A DNA stretch of 64,000 bases. It comes from Heptranchias perlo. Taxonomy: Eukaryota. Positions 39,401-54,400 of the stretch are shown piece by piece. The stretch covers positions 56,730,001-56,794,000 of the forward strand of contig NC_090331.1 of NCBI RefSeq assembly GCF_035084215.1, written 5' to 3'. Each line of letters starts with the position of its first letter. Positions within the stretch are counted from its first letter, which is position 1. The translations under genes were made by a program, and so were the position numbers. A model generated the notes under the pieces. That model searched no databases. It worked only from the letters and a program-made list of their open reading frames with translations, and was not told where the DNA came from.

Positions 39401-42400
39401 CAAAGTGGCAAAACACTTCTCAGTTCCTGCGTCATTCTTGACCTGACACATATATTTCCCAGCATGATTTTCTTCAACAGCATTTATTTGAAGAGTAGCA
39501 ATATTATTCTCAAAAGACAATGTAATATTACCATCTTCTTGGATATCATCTTTATCTTTCATCCAAGTTACATACATAGGCTTTGAGCCTCTCAATAGAC
39601 TTTGGAATACAATAGAATTCCCTGACAATGTTGTTATATTTTCAAGCTTCTTTATAAATCCTGGGGGTTCTAGTTTAAAACAAATGATAATGTGAATATT
39701 TGAATATATTTCACAGTTTTTCATTATGGTTCTTAAAACGCTTTAATATTCCACAAATAGCTTAGCAATGCATTCTCTAATGAGGAACACAGATAACTAA
39801 AATGGCACTATAAACAGTGGAAGAAAAATAGGTTCTGACAACACTCTATAACTGACCTTTCAAACTGACTGCAGAACTACAGGAACAACTCCCCACATCA
39901 TTTTTTACTGTGCACTTGTATTCGCCAACATCTGATACATCAGATTTTAGAATGCAAAGACTGGCTAAAGAAGTCTCAGAGATCATTCTGTATTTTTTGC
40001 TGCGTCGAATTTGTTTATTGTCCTTATACCACATAACGTCAAAGGGACCTGTACCGGCCACCTCACATTCAAGAGTGATATCACTGGTTTTAACTACCTC
40101 AACCGGTTCAAGTTTCTTTATAAATGTGGGAGGTTCTAAAGAGCAAACACAACAATGTGGCTTAGGAAACAATCAAATGCCAAAAGCTAAATCTCTCTTT
40201 AAGCATATCTGATATTATTTTACACACCTTTAACCTGGACCACAAAGTTGCAGCTATTACCACCAGCTTCATTTTGCGCTTCACAGGAATAATCCCCACT
40301 ATCTTCCACAATTACATCAGCAACCTCGAGAACAGCCAATGAGTTTTGAAATGATATGCTGTATTTGTCACTGGTTCTAATATCATGGTTATTTCTGTAC
40401 CATGTGACTGTGATTTCAGGTGTACCAGTTACTTTGCTCTCAAAATGTGCAAATTCTCCCTGTTTCAGTACTGTTGAAGGAGATGGCTTCTTAACAAAAC
40501 TTGGAGGTTCTGGGAAAATTAAATGCAATAAACCTGAATACTGCAAGTACAAAGTAAAGTTAGGGCACATGAAGAATAGATTAGTAGACAAGTGACTAAA
40601 AGACACCTTCAGATAAATGTTACTCAACTTTGATTTTAAGAAAACTAAGGAAGAAATATAACACTGTTAAAAATGTTGCACAAAAATCATTTCTAATAAG
40701 ATTTACAAGAAAAGCAAACCTTTGATGAATACTTCTGCAGTACTGGTGATTGAACCAGCTTCATTGCTGAGTTGGCAGTTGTAAACACCAGCGTCAGAAA
40801 CTTTAGTTGACATTAGCTCAAAGAAGTGTGCTGCTTCTTCATTCCAAATGGAACATCTTGCACCAGGCTTCAATTCCCTATTATCTTTGAACCACTTGAC
40901 AGACAGTGGAAGAGTTCCTTTCACAACACTCTTAAACTGCAGTGTCGATCCTTGTGCAATTCCTTGGGACATTGGTTTTTCTATAAAGTTCGGTGATTCT
41001 ATAATTCATTTAAGAAAATGTTTTTTTATTAAGGTCAGATAAAGTAAATATAAAAATAATACTTCTAAAATTAATTACATAACTCTAGCATTTTACTACT
41101 GATCACAACATGTTAAAATATTTCAGGAAGTGGAAATACATACAATTTATCTAGGCATTCTACTGTTGCAGAAAAGAAGAAATAGAAAATGTTACAACTG
41201 GAAAATCAGCATTTGATGCGTCTTAAAATAGAAGTGGATTGGAGTAAAGAGATCTTCAAACCTTTTAAAGTTAAGAATCCACTGCATTCGCTACTTCCAG
41301 CAGTATTTGTTGCTTTGCAAGAGTAATTTCCACCATCTGTGATTTCAAGTTCTTTAATCTCCAAAAATGCTGTATTTTCTTCAAATGATATTTTGTATTT
41401 GTCACTAGTTATTATCTCTTTGTTATCTTTATACCAAGAAATGCTGATTGGAAGAGAACCAGATACTTTGCACTCCATGTGCATCAAAGTCCCCAATATG
41501 TTATTCATTTTCTTTAAACTTCTTGTAAAGGATGGAGCAATTATTCGATCTGTCCAACACAGAACAACGAAAATAGTTTGTCAGCTAAAATATCAAAGGG
41601 GAGATTTAACTCACTCTACTCAGTGGAAACGAGGTGGTAATGTTGTTAAAATGGAGGTGCTGGACTTTCTGCTCCATTCCCACTCCACTATTATTTTTCC
41701 CGGGACCTTCTGCTTGGCGGCTGATGGGCACACCGGAAACAAGCAGGAGCCTCATTAATCTATGCAAACTGTGGCCTTATGTACGTCTTATGACATACTT
41801 AGGACTTTGATGCAATTTTATGGCCTACCACGCTGGACGTGTGCCTTGCATGCCTCTGCTCAGTAAGACCTGGTGGTACAGCAGAAAAGGCCCAAAAAGC
41901 TAAGTGTGAAAATTATTTTTATGGGGCCAGGAGGATCAATGGTGCTTCTCTGGGACTTCACACGAAGAAAGTAGGATGCTGCTGCACTGGGATCCCCCCC
42001 TCCACGATTATATCCTCCCCTCCGGTCCTACCTTTCTGCCGGTTAGGTCAGCCTACAGGCCACCTGACATTGCACTAGCCCTGAGCCAGCAAGCTGCAGT
42101 AGGACTGAGTGTAATGTATCCAAGTTTGCTGATGATACAAAGCTAGGTGGGAAAGTAAGCTGTGAGGAGGACAAAAAGAGTCTGCAAAGGGATATAGACA
42201 GGTTAAGTGAGTGGGCAAGAAGGTGGCAGATGGAGTATAATATGGGGAAATGTGAGGTTATTCACTTTGGTAGAAAGGATAGAAAAACAGAATATGTTTT
42301 AAATGGTGAGAAACTATTAAATGTTGGTGTCCAGGGAGACTTGGGTGTCCTGGTACAAGAAACACAAAAAGTTAGCAGGCAGGTTTTTGTGACTGGAAGG

Positions 42401-45400
42401 TTGTTTCAAGTGGGGTTCCGCAGGGCTCAGTACTAGGTCCCTTGCTTTTGTGGTATATATTAATGATTTGGACTTAAATGTAGGGGGCATTATTAAGATG
42501 ATACAAAAATTGGCCATGTGGTTGATAGTGAGGAGAAAAGCTGTAGAAGATATCAATGGACTGGTCAGGTGGGTAAAAAAGTAGCAAATGGAATTCAATC
42601 TGGAGAATTGTGAGGTAATGCATTTGGGGAGGGCAAACAAGGCAAGGGAATACACAATAAATGGGAGGATACTGAGAGGCGTAGAGGTAGTGAGGGACCT
42701 TGGAGTGCATGTCCACAGATCCCTGAAGATAGCAGGACAATTAGGTAAGGTGGTTATGAAGGGATACTTTCCTTTATTAGGCGAGGCACAGAATATAAGA
42801 GCAGGGAGATTATGCTAGAACTGTATAAAACACTAGTTAGGCCACAGCTTGAGCACTGCATACAGTTCTAGTCACCACATTACAGGAAGGCTGTAATTGC
42901 ACTAGAGAGGGTACACTGGAGACTTACGAGGATGTTGCTGGAGTTGGAGAATTTTAGGAATATGAGGGAAGATTGGATAGGCTGGGGTTGTTTTCTTTGG
43001 AACAGAGGAGGCTGAGGGGTGATTTAATTGAGGTGTACAAAATTATAAAGGGCCTAGATGAAGTGGATAGGAAGGACCTATTTCCCTTAGCAGAGAGGTC
43101 AATAACCAGGGGGCACAGATTTGAAGTGATTGGTAGAAGGATTAGAGGGGAGCTGAGGAAAAAGTTTTTCACCCAGATGGTGGTAGGGGTCTGGAACTCA
43201 CTGCCTGAAAGGTTGGTAGAGACAGAAACCCTCATCACATTTAAAAAGTACTTGGGTATAGACTTGAAGTGCCATAACCTACAAGGCTATGGACCAATTG
43301 CTGGAAAGTGGGATTCGGCTGGGTGGCTCATTTCCAGCCGGCGTTGACATGATGGGCTGAATGGCCTCCTTCTGTGCCGTAAATTTTCTATGATTCTATT
43401 ATTCTGGGTACAGCAGGCAATTAGGAAATTAAATAGCATGTTGGCCTTTAATGCAAGGGGGTTGGAATATAAGAGTAAGGAAGTCTTACTACAGTTCTAC
43501 AGGGCTTTGATGAGATCACCCCTGGAGAACTGCGTACAGTTTTGGTCTCCTTATCTAAGGAAGGATATACTTGCCTTGGAGGCGGTGCAACAAATGTTCA
43601 CTAGATAATTTCCTGGGATGAGAGGGTTATCCTATGAGGAGAGGTTGAGTAGAATGGGCCTATACCCTCTGGAGTTTAGAAGAATGAGAGGTGATTTCAT
43701 TGAAACATATAAGATTCTGAGGGGGCTTGACAGGGTAGATGCTGAGAGGTGGTTTTCCATGGTTGGAGAGTCTAGAACTAGAGGGTATAGTCGCAGGATA
43801 AGGGGTTGGCCATTTAAGACTGAGATGAGGAGGAATTTCTTCACTCAGAGGGTTGTGAATCTTTGGAATTCTCTACCCCAGAGGGCTGTGGATGCTGAGT
43901 TGTTGGGCATATTCAAGGCTGAGACAAATAAATTTTTGGACTCTAGTGGAATCAAGGCATATGGGGATCGGGCAGGAAAGTGGAGTTGAGGTTGAAGTTC
44001 AGCCATGATCTTACTGAATGGTGGAGCAGGCTCGAGGGGCCGTATGGCCTACTTCTGCTCCTATTTCTTCTGTTCTTATGTTCTTAGGGCACTGGTTTGG
44101 GGCCTGCAGCACACTAGCGGCATGAAAATGAGGCCTGGCACTTGAAATGGACTGTGAGGGATTGGGCAGCTGGCCCGCTCACCCAACAACTGGCCACCCG
44201 ATAGTTAAAATTCACCCTTAAAATTTTGGCATGTTTTCCTTAAAGGCCCTGTAATATTCTACTAGCTGCTCAAGGCATGAAGATAATTATTACACAACCA
44301 TGAAGGAACTGAAGATGTTACTAAGAAATTGTCTCTAACCAATTGCACACATTTAGAAGATGGTATGATGACATGAAAACACAAATATGATTTCAGAACA
44401 TTTAAAATATACTTTTCTCATTCTAATTATGTTAAAATTATATTGGGCCTTTCCCTTTCAGCTTCTTTTTTGAGAGGCACAATCAAAGGTTTCAACACAT
44501 TAAAAAAAACACCAACCTAGTACTGTCATAGAAGTTGTGCAGCTGCTGTGTCCAAACTCATTCTGGACTTCAAAAGCATATTCCCCACTATCATCTTTAT
44601 CAACAGAAAGAACCTTTAGGATTGCCACCTTATTCACAAAAGTCATTTTATATTTCCTGCTTGATGTCAACTCAGCTCCATTCTTGAACCATCTAACTTT
44701 CAGTTCTGGGGTACCAGCAACAACACATTCCAAAATTGCAGGGGTTCCTGAAGTAATACTTAATGGCTCTGGCTTCTCTATAATTTGTGCAGGTTCTGCA
44801 AGAAAAACCATACTTCCTCAATAGATGAATTTAAAAAAACTGTTTGCATACTTGACACTTTACTGAAATTCACAAATGTCAAGTGTCTCATACTAACCTG
44901 TTACTAACAAGGTGGCAAAACACTTCTCAGTTCCTGCATCATTCCTGGCCTGACATGTGTACTTTCCACTGTGATTTGCTTCAATAGAAGCAATTTGCAG
45001 TACAGCAATACTGTTCTCAAAAGATATTTTAATATTGTCATCTTCTGTGATTTCATCTTTGTCCTTCATCCAAGTGACAAATATGGGAGCTGACCCTTCT
45101 ATTTGGCTGTCGAAAGTGGCTGGATTTCCAGATAATGTTGTAATGTTTTCAAGCTTTTTCACAAATGAAGGGGGTTCTGATTTAAAGTTAAAAGTCGTAT
45201 GAATTAGATATAAGATCAAACACTCAGTATTCTTTCATGCTAAAGTAATAATCCCATGTAAGAATGAATTGCAAAATGGGATTATTGAAAATGTCAAAAA
45301 AGAAAATGATTGGCATTTGATAACTGACCTTTTAATCTGACTCCAGCAATGCAAGAACAACTTCCCACATCATTTGTTACTTCACACTGGTATTCACCAG

Positions 45401-48400
45401 CATCTGAATTATCGACCTTTTGAATAAAAAGACTAACTAAAGATTTTCCAACGGTCATCTTGAATTTTATACTAGATTGAATCCGCTTATTGTCCTTATA
45501 CCAAGTGACATCAAATGGGCCTGTACCGGCCATTTCACATTCAAGACTGATATCACTGCCTTTTACTACCTCAACAGGTTCGAGTTTATTTTTAAAAGAA
45601 GGAGGTTCTAAAAAAAAAAGCAAAGTAAAGCAAAAGAATTTAGAAACTGTCCAAACTGGAAAAACATTTAAAAAACAAATTGTCAAAATTGGTTCCATTA
45701 TTACATTTTACGGCTACACACCTTTAACTGTAATTGTAACATTGCAATTTTCAAAACCAGCTTCATTCTCTGCTTTACAAGTGTAATGTCCACTGTCTTC
45801 CACAATGACATCAATAAATTCAAGGACTGATATAGAATCAACAAATGACATCCTGAATTTGTCACTTGGCTGAACTTCACTTTCATTCTTGTACCAGGTA
45901 ATTTTGAGCTCAGGTGTGCCAGTTACTGTACACTCAAGACATGTTGAACTTCCTTTTTTCAATAATATTGTACGATCTGGCTTTTTAATGAAGACTGGAG
46001 GCTCTATAAAACCAAAATGTACTGAATTGAATGAGAAGAAAACCAAAAGATTTTATGTGCACTCAACTGGGGGTAATGGATATGCTAAAATAAATTAGTG
46101 ATGACTCGTATGACCTCTAAGTCATTACAAATATAAAATGGAGAAAACACTTTATCTGTTATTGATTTCGATCGACCTTATTTTAAACAGCATAATATGC
46201 AATTCATTGAACACTTCTGTAAATGCCCTAAAAATTACACTTTAACTACTCAGTCAATATTTGATATCAAACTCATCACATAGCTATCATACGATGTACC
46301 ATTACGACATCTTGGAACATCAAGAAATCACATTCATTCAAATATGCTAGTCGCTTTTTTACAAATAGAGCCAAAGTTAGCTCCAAAAATGTTTAAGTTA
46401 AAATAATCTTGTGTAAAAATAAATTGTCTGTTAGGTTACATTCACGCATTACCTATATTTGTGTAACTGTCTTCTCACGTATTTACAGACATATATCTAT
46501 CCATAATATATTAAAATGCAGCACTTGACTTTCTGTTGTTATTTTTTCCCCATACTTTGTGTCAACTTTTTCCATTATAAATTCTGATGTTTGCCTATGT
46601 AAGCTAGTCACTCTGTTTGTGTAATCCGGCCACTGGGTTCCCACAATTCTCTCAAAATGTATTCTGAATCTTTTTTCAGCAGTCATTTTTTTCCTCAGTA
46701 ACTAAAATTTCCAATGTCTAAACTTAGGGTTCAAACAAAATGTTAAAAAATCAAAAATTAAATATTTATAGAATCATAGAAAGGTTATAGCAAGGAAGAA
46801 GGCCATTCGGCCCTTCGAGTCCGTGCCAGCTCTCTGCAAGAGCAATCCAACTAGTCCCACTCCACCACCCTATCCCTGTAGCCCTGCAAATTTTTTCCTT
46901 TCAAGTACTCATCCAGTTCCCTTTTGAAAGCCATGATTGAATCTGCCTCCACCACCCCTCTGGCAGTGCATTCCAGATCCTAACCATTCGTTGTGTAAAA
47001 AAGTTTTTCCTCATGTCACCTTTGGTTCTTTTGCCAATCACTTAAATTTATAACCTCTGGTTCTTGACCCTTCCGCCAATGGGAACAGTTTCTCTCTATC
47101 TACTCTGTCTAAACCCTTCAAGTTAGTTAAACATGATTTGCGTTTAACAAATTTCACAATAACATGATTGAATTTATCAATTGAATTGTCTTTTGTGTCT
47201 TTTAACGCTTTCATTAAAGTTTTCACTTGAAGGCCTCAGCCTCTCCCAAAAACCTGGGCTTAGAATTGGTATTTGTGCCTAGACCCGTGACACTAAGCAG
47301 AATTTGGATTATGCAGTCTGAGTATATGGAGTGTACCTAGTTTTCTAGTATGCATCAGTATGTTCAATCAGCTCTACTGATGCAATATTTTTCTTCAGCT
47401 TCTTCAACTTTCTGCTTAGTAGCTTTCCTTTAAATAATTTTGAAAAACAAGAGAACAAATTTCAAAAGCTTAATTGAGATCAAATTTATATTGTTTTTTT
47501 CTCAAAACAGCTGGCCCCAAAATTCTGCAGGGGTTTTGCAGTAAATCCAGGTGCACCAAGCCTCTGCCATTTCTGGGGTTTTCTGGTCCCTTATAAGACA
47601 AATGTTGTCAGGGGATGCAGCCCTGCTTTCTGAGCTCATTCTGGCCCCAGGGAAATAGTGGTGGTCAGTATGTCAATGAGGTGAGGCATACCAATCTCTA
47701 GGTTGGTGGAAGTGGACCTCACCCAAGTGACCTGGACTGATGAAGAATGTTAAGATTTATATTTTTAAAAAATTGATTGGCCCCCTTAAGGGGACATGGC
47801 TGAATAAGGCATTGGAGGGGCAGGTGCCATTGATGCACTCGTATTGGTGCTTGTACGCACCTGCCACGTTCAAATTAAGTGCCCTACCACTGACCTCACA
47901 AACGTGGTAGCGAGAGAGAGATAAAGGGTATTAAGAGAGACTAGGGTTCAGAGAAAGGCAGGTTGAGAGAGGAATTTGAGAGAAAAGGGTTTGAAAAAAG
48001 GGCATTTGAGAGAAAGGGGGTTCAGAGGGAGGCGGATTGAATAAGAGAAAAGGGGTTGAGATGGAGGGTTGAGAGTTGGGGAAGTTTAAGAGCGAGGATC
48101 TTGAGTGAAAGAGAGAGAAATGGGAATTGAGAGAAAGAGAGAGAAGGTGGTGTAATTACAGAATGACAAGTTTACATAGGCAGTTTTCATTATAAATGCA
48201 GACACAGGAACTTATGGAAATATTAAAATAAGGACAAAATCAATGGCTATCAAATTATGTATGTGTACTTTGGACCAATTATTGCTCCCCCCACCCTGAG
48301 CCTCTAAACACACTTCATAACTGACTACATAACTGACTACATAAAACTACATTAGATCTTGACTCCCTGTGTGCAACACCATAGCAGAATGACTAGTAAC

Positions 48401-51400
48401 ATTTTAAAATATCTTATGTCTGCATGCACTTCCTGTCAGTTTTTTACATTATAAATTCCTATGTCCATGTTTATAATGGAAACTGTCTTTGTTAATTTGT
48501 CACACTCTAATTACACCCTCCTGCCAATTAAGGGGGTGAAGCAACACCAATGCTGAGAGGGTGTAATTACAAAGTGACAAGTTTATGCAAGCAATTTCCA
48601 TTATAGATGTAAATATAGTAATTTCTATAATGGAAATATAAAAATAAGAGCAGAATGCATGACTTTAGAATTACATCTGTGTACACTGGTCCAAGTATCC
48701 CTCACCCTCTGACTCAGCTTCATCTGAAGACAACACTTGGTCTTAACTACCCATGTGCAATGTCATGGAACATTGATTAGTTATTATGGCCCTAAAATTC
48801 CACGGGGTTCAATCAGTCTCCTATCGTAATTCCTGTGGGAGACCAGCGGAACTCCATGGAAATGGTGCAAATGGCCGTTTTCAACTGTTTACACCATTTT
48901 GCTGGGGTTCTGCTAGTCTCCAGTCATGTGTTCAGTAGGTAACAGATGGAACCCCTGTGGAATTTCAGGGGTTAATAACTACTGGATCTTCCACAGGGAC
49001 TGACCACCAGGTACACTCAGCTTGTTCCTGACTACTGAAGTTGTGCTCACATTAGAAGAAAATAGCACCAAAGAAGAATATGGCTTTATCCTGCCACTTT
49101 CTCAAAACCAAAATAAAGATTACATCATCAAATTTAATCTTTAAAAAAAAATTAGCTAGGGCTATATTTTACAAATAATTAATTGTTAATTGTTCTGTTT
49201 GCATTGAATTCAGTGGACAAAAAATAGGTGTAAGCAATATTGTTGCAGATGATTTCTTATAATGTGATCCTATTAGGGGAGCAAATGAAAACTGGCCAAT
49301 CACATCGCACCTGTAATAATGTTCTTTTCACACTTCTCAAGTAGCTAAATTGTCATTTAATGATGAGTATTTCATTCATCCATTGTTGGAGAATGCAGAA
49401 ACTTTTCCAAAATGGTTCAAAGAAGGTTAAAGAAAGACCATTTCCCTGGTTAGTACATGAAGATCATGTTTGAAAAACACAATGAACTCTTTTGGGCTGG
49501 AAAGATTGAGGGGTTGCTAACAAAACTACATTAGAGACAAAGAACTTGACAGTTTATGAACTGCTACATGAACTCAAGATCAACCATTGTGAGGACCATG
49601 GAGCAAGCCTGGAAAAATTATCATAACTTAAAAAGGAGCACAAAGAGCTCAAAATAGGTGATACATCTATGAGTTGTTAAAGATATCGATGAACAAAAAC
49701 AGTATTCTCACAGACAAATGAATGAAATGCCACATATGAATTTGGATTCTTTTAACGTGATAATGGATGTATATGGGCAAGAATTTAAAAACCAGAGTTA
49801 TTAAACACAAAAAGTGTTGCACTAACTCAGAGAAACGGTAAGAAGGATATAGCAAGGAAGGCGACTGCAAATTACATTACGCTCACCAGGGTGGCAGAGA
49901 GAATGTACTGTTGGAAGGGATTTACATGGTTCAAATTACCCTGCCTAAATTCACATTGTTCTCATATTTAATAGGTAAAGTTGAAAAATACAGAAAGGAC
50001 CAAATAGATGGTAGTCCCTCACAGCAACAGTATTTTGCCGATGAAAAGAAAATGATCAAATTGATAGGAAGGGAGGCTCTCACTGTGACTGGTCCTCTGG
50101 AACTTGCAGGGCAGCAAGGACCACTTGGGATACAGCATAATAATGGAGGGCGCTAGTGACCTTTACTGTCCCTGCAGCACAACATGGGCAAAACAGCACA
50201 CCTGAGTCACACCCTTCCTACTTGGCCAGGGCAATTCATGCATTGCTTCTAGTGAGGTACAGGTAGCTGCATCTATTGTGGTAGACCTGGAGTTGTATGT
50301 TCTGTGAATGATACATCTTCTTTGTTCATGATATAAGAACATAAGAACATAAGAAGTAGGAGCAGGAGTAGGCCAATCGGCCCCTTGAGCCTGCTCCGCC
50401 ATTCAATAAGATCATGGCTGATCTGATCCTAACCTCAAATCTAAATTCATGTCCAATTTCCTGCCCTAACTTGAGTTAACCAGCAATGTTGGGGAATTAA
50501 AAGTTTGGTATTTACTTCTGTCAGTATTGTGAAAATTAGAAATCTTGCCATTTCTTTTTACAACTAATTCATGGATCTGATACTAAACTTAATTTTCATG
50601 TTTATCTTGCTCTGCATAAATTTCTCAAGACTGGTTTTAACAAGACCTGAATACTCCATAGCAAGCTAATTTGTGCTCCCCCATAGTCATCATTTTGCAT
50701 GGGAGTAATACTCATGGTAGTTGTAAAAATAGAAAGAAATCTGTGACTGCTTTCTACTGGTCTTGCTCACGCTTATGCCTGTCTACTTCCTTCTAAAACT
50801 ATCACTAGTTATTAAATTGTTCACCTATTGCTCTTCCCACCATTTTCCAGTGATGCCTCTCCCTTTCTCACCAATGCTAATCTCAGTCCATCCTTTCCGC
50901 TTGTAGATCTCTTCATTTAAGTTCTCCCACTCTCTTATGATCTGTTTTGATATTTCACCTACACTTCAGAATATTTTTCACTGTTTTTCTCTCCAGGTGC
51001 CTGCTTCTTAGTCACTGTATCCTTAGGATTCTTGCTGATCCTGTAGCCTTTTACTTCTCCATTTCAATTCTTTTCTACCCACCTTCCCTTTCACTGGGTG
51101 TACTGTATCCTGGCCTACCACATTGTATTTTTTCCACAGCACAATCTAGCATCTCAACAGAAAAGCATAATACTTACATTCAGTATCATATCTGAATTAT
51201 GCCGCCATACTATCCACTACTGCAACAGTAAATATGCTTCATGATGCTCATTTGTAATATTCCATCTCAAAGCTACACATATAGATAAGATAGTTACCTA
51301 ACATAAACCACATAATCCAGTCACCTCTTGGGATTATGGTTCATGCAGACTGATATCACCCAGGGATTTTTTTTAGTAAAGCACTGCCCACTGCTATCTT

Positions 51401-54400
51401 TCCTAACAGGAGTCTCAATATTTTGTCTTTGAGGAGCACTTACACGAAAGCCACATATAAAGTTTAAATTAATTTTGGATCTATGCCAAGCTACTAGCAA
51501 GCTAACAGATCAGGGTATTCAAATCTAGGATTTATCCACCAATAAGGGAGTAGCAATGAGAAACTTTTCTAAACCTCAAGACCTGTGGAATTCAAACAGG
51601 AGGAACCAGCTAAATAAGAAAAATAAGCATAAATAGAATATTTCCCCAGATCTCACAAAGCTGCATATAGCTCACGTGGCTTAGTTTGGCCACCTCAGTT
51701 CAAATATATATTTAAACCAAATAAATAATTAAAAACCTGAACAAGAATCATTGTGGCCTACTGTCACATCATGATATAAAAACCCAAACCATTGGAAACA
51801 AAAAAAAATTACACGTTTCATTGCTCTGAGAAAAATAAGACAAAGAAATTAGTATTAATGTTGAAGGTAGATTCAGATTGATCATAAATTGAAATGAATA
51901 AAAATAAAGACATAATATATAAACTACAGAAACTGAAAGAAAGCTATAAGGGAAAAGGAGCTATCAAATAAAGATTTACAATGTTATTAAGAAACATAGT
52001 AAAATAAAACTCTGTGTACAATGTTATGTAGAAACATTATTAAGAAAATCCACACCTTTGACAAAAAGATTTGCAGCACACGATTCTGTGCCAACTTCGT
52101 TGCTGACTTGACAAGTGTAGTCACCCGTATCAGAGACTTTTGCTGAATGCAGTTGTACCAAACTTGTTGAGCCTTCTTTTGAAATGTAACATGAATTACT
52201 AGGCATCAACTCCTTACTGTCCTTGAACCATTTTATAGTCATTGGAGGTGTCCCACTCATAACACTCCTAAACTGTACTTTGGAACCAGGCACAACATCC
52301 TGGGACAAAGGTCGCACAGTAAAATACGGAGGCTCTAAAATTGCCAGAGGAAAATTGCAGTCATTATGGCAAGAACATAAAAGAAAAATAAATACAGTAC
52401 TTTTCTTTCAAAAGGTAAGCCAAAATAAGTGAGTACAAGAATATGTAAGTATAATGTACGGTATTCGCAGTATGTTTGTTAATGTAGCAAACCAAGAAGG
52501 ATAACAAGTAATGCTTGTGATGACTAAAAAGAAGATATTACCATAACTAGTTAACTCTTGTAAGCAATTAAGAGGTTGATAACAACATTTCAAACCTTTC
52601 ACAGTTAAGACACTGCTGCTCTGGTCAGTTCCAGCAGCATTTGTTGCTCTACAAGTGTAAGCTCCACCATCTGTCATCTCTAGTTGATGAATCTCCAACT
52701 GCGCCATGTTATCATGATAAGAAAATTTATATTTTTCATTTGCTGTTATCTCTTCATCGTTCTTATACCAGAGCACACTCATTGGAAGAGAACCAGTGAT
52801 CTTGCATTCCATCTTAATAAAAGAAGCTTTGACGCCATCCACATTTTTTAATTTTCTTTTAAATGACGGTGGAACTATGCGATCTGTCCAACACATAGTA
52901 GGAAAGCAAAGGCTATAATTTCTTTCAAAATAATCGCTGAACTATGTTGCTGTTTCTTTTAAATATGGCAGTAAATGCAATGAAATGGAAGAGTTAGAAT
53001 ACCAACCCAATACTGTAATAGAAGCTTTGCAGCTGCTGCTACCAACATCATTCTCGACCTCACAAGTAAATTCACCACTGTCCTCCTTCTCGGTAGACAG
53101 AAGCTTTAAACTTGTAAGCTTATTTGTAAGACTGATTTTATATTTTCTACCAGTCATCAGCTCTGTGCCATTCTTAAACCATCTGGCTTTAATTTCTGGT
53201 GTTCCTGTAAAACTGCAGTCCAGTGTTGCTGGCTCTCCTGCAGTTACACTAATAGAGTCTGCTTGCTCTATAATATTTGCTGGTTCTGTGACAAAAAAAG
53301 AATATTAGAACATAAGAATATAAGAAATAAGAAACGGCCATTTTGGCCCACCTAATTCGCTTTCCCTGAGCCAAGCTATTGATACATATTTCCACAACCT
53401 CTATTTGTAAAACTATACCATTCATTTGTGCCTTAGCCTGCCTTTCTCAAGTTCTGGAAAATTCTGCCTGTGCAACCGTTTAATTTCTCATTTAAAAAAG
53501 ACTCATCCAATTCCTTTTTATTTAATTAAAAAAATGTATTAACTGCATGCATTGCCAATTTTACAATTTTACACCTGTGTGCATTAAGCATCCATGCCTA
53601 AATTCTTTCAGAGTTATTCTTTCTTTTGGTCACAGTTCTAATACCTGTTTCAACTTAACATCAATTTAATCAGTTATTCTCATGATTCTAAAATATTGTA
53701 GTACTATATTCTTCTTCTATTTTCTCTATTCTAAGGAGAATTGGCCCAGAAATTGCTGGAGCGACACATCTCGCACCGAGCCACATGAATTCGATTTTTT
53801 TCCTCACCCTTCAGATCGTATTATTTTTGCACCACAAATTACTGAAAATGCGAATTGATAATGGCGCGGTGATGTCAACGTGGCAACTGGGACCTCCTGA
53901 ACGTCGGGTCCAATGGTCTATCTCCTTAACTAAATAAATTTAAATATAGAGAAAGAAACAGAGCGAATGACAGAGAAGGAAATAGGGTGAATTATAGTCA
54001 AATTCGATATAGAAAGAGAAATAAAGAGAGGGAAAGAAAGATTGTATTAAAGAGGAAAAAGAGTCAGTAAAGATAAATAAGAAAAAATGTTGAATTTAAA
54101 AAACCTCTGGTTGTTCCCTTTCTAAGAACATAAGAACATAAGAAATAGGAGCAGGAGTAGGCCATACAGCCCCTCGAGCCTGCTGCGCCATTCAATAAGA
54201 TCATGGCTGATCTTCTACCTCAACTCCACTTTCCCGCCTATCCCCTGGGCCTCCAGGGTTGAGTTTCATGTCAGGTCGATAAATCACGTCATTAAAAGGG
54301 TCCTTATGACATGAGATACCAGCCTTAAATGTCTGCAGCGAGATTCATTCATATTTACGGTGCAAATCCAGCAATTTCTTGACACTCATGGGGAGGTTGA

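Larger units (their letters stand above)
23410..40100. repeat. Tandem segmental duplication of 12 Ig exons with their introns (copy L ~23410-32142, copy R ~32143-40100)
   Basis: Paired ORFs offset by 8733/8732 (24161 vs 32894, 26321 vs 35053), 8673 (28297 vs 36970) and 7971 (31412 vs 39383); intron sequence is shared. Confidence 0.95.

Noticed and set aside
47900-48145. GA-rich quasi-repeat
   Set aside because: Low-complexity sequence with no consistent unit or spacer; not CRISPR-like.
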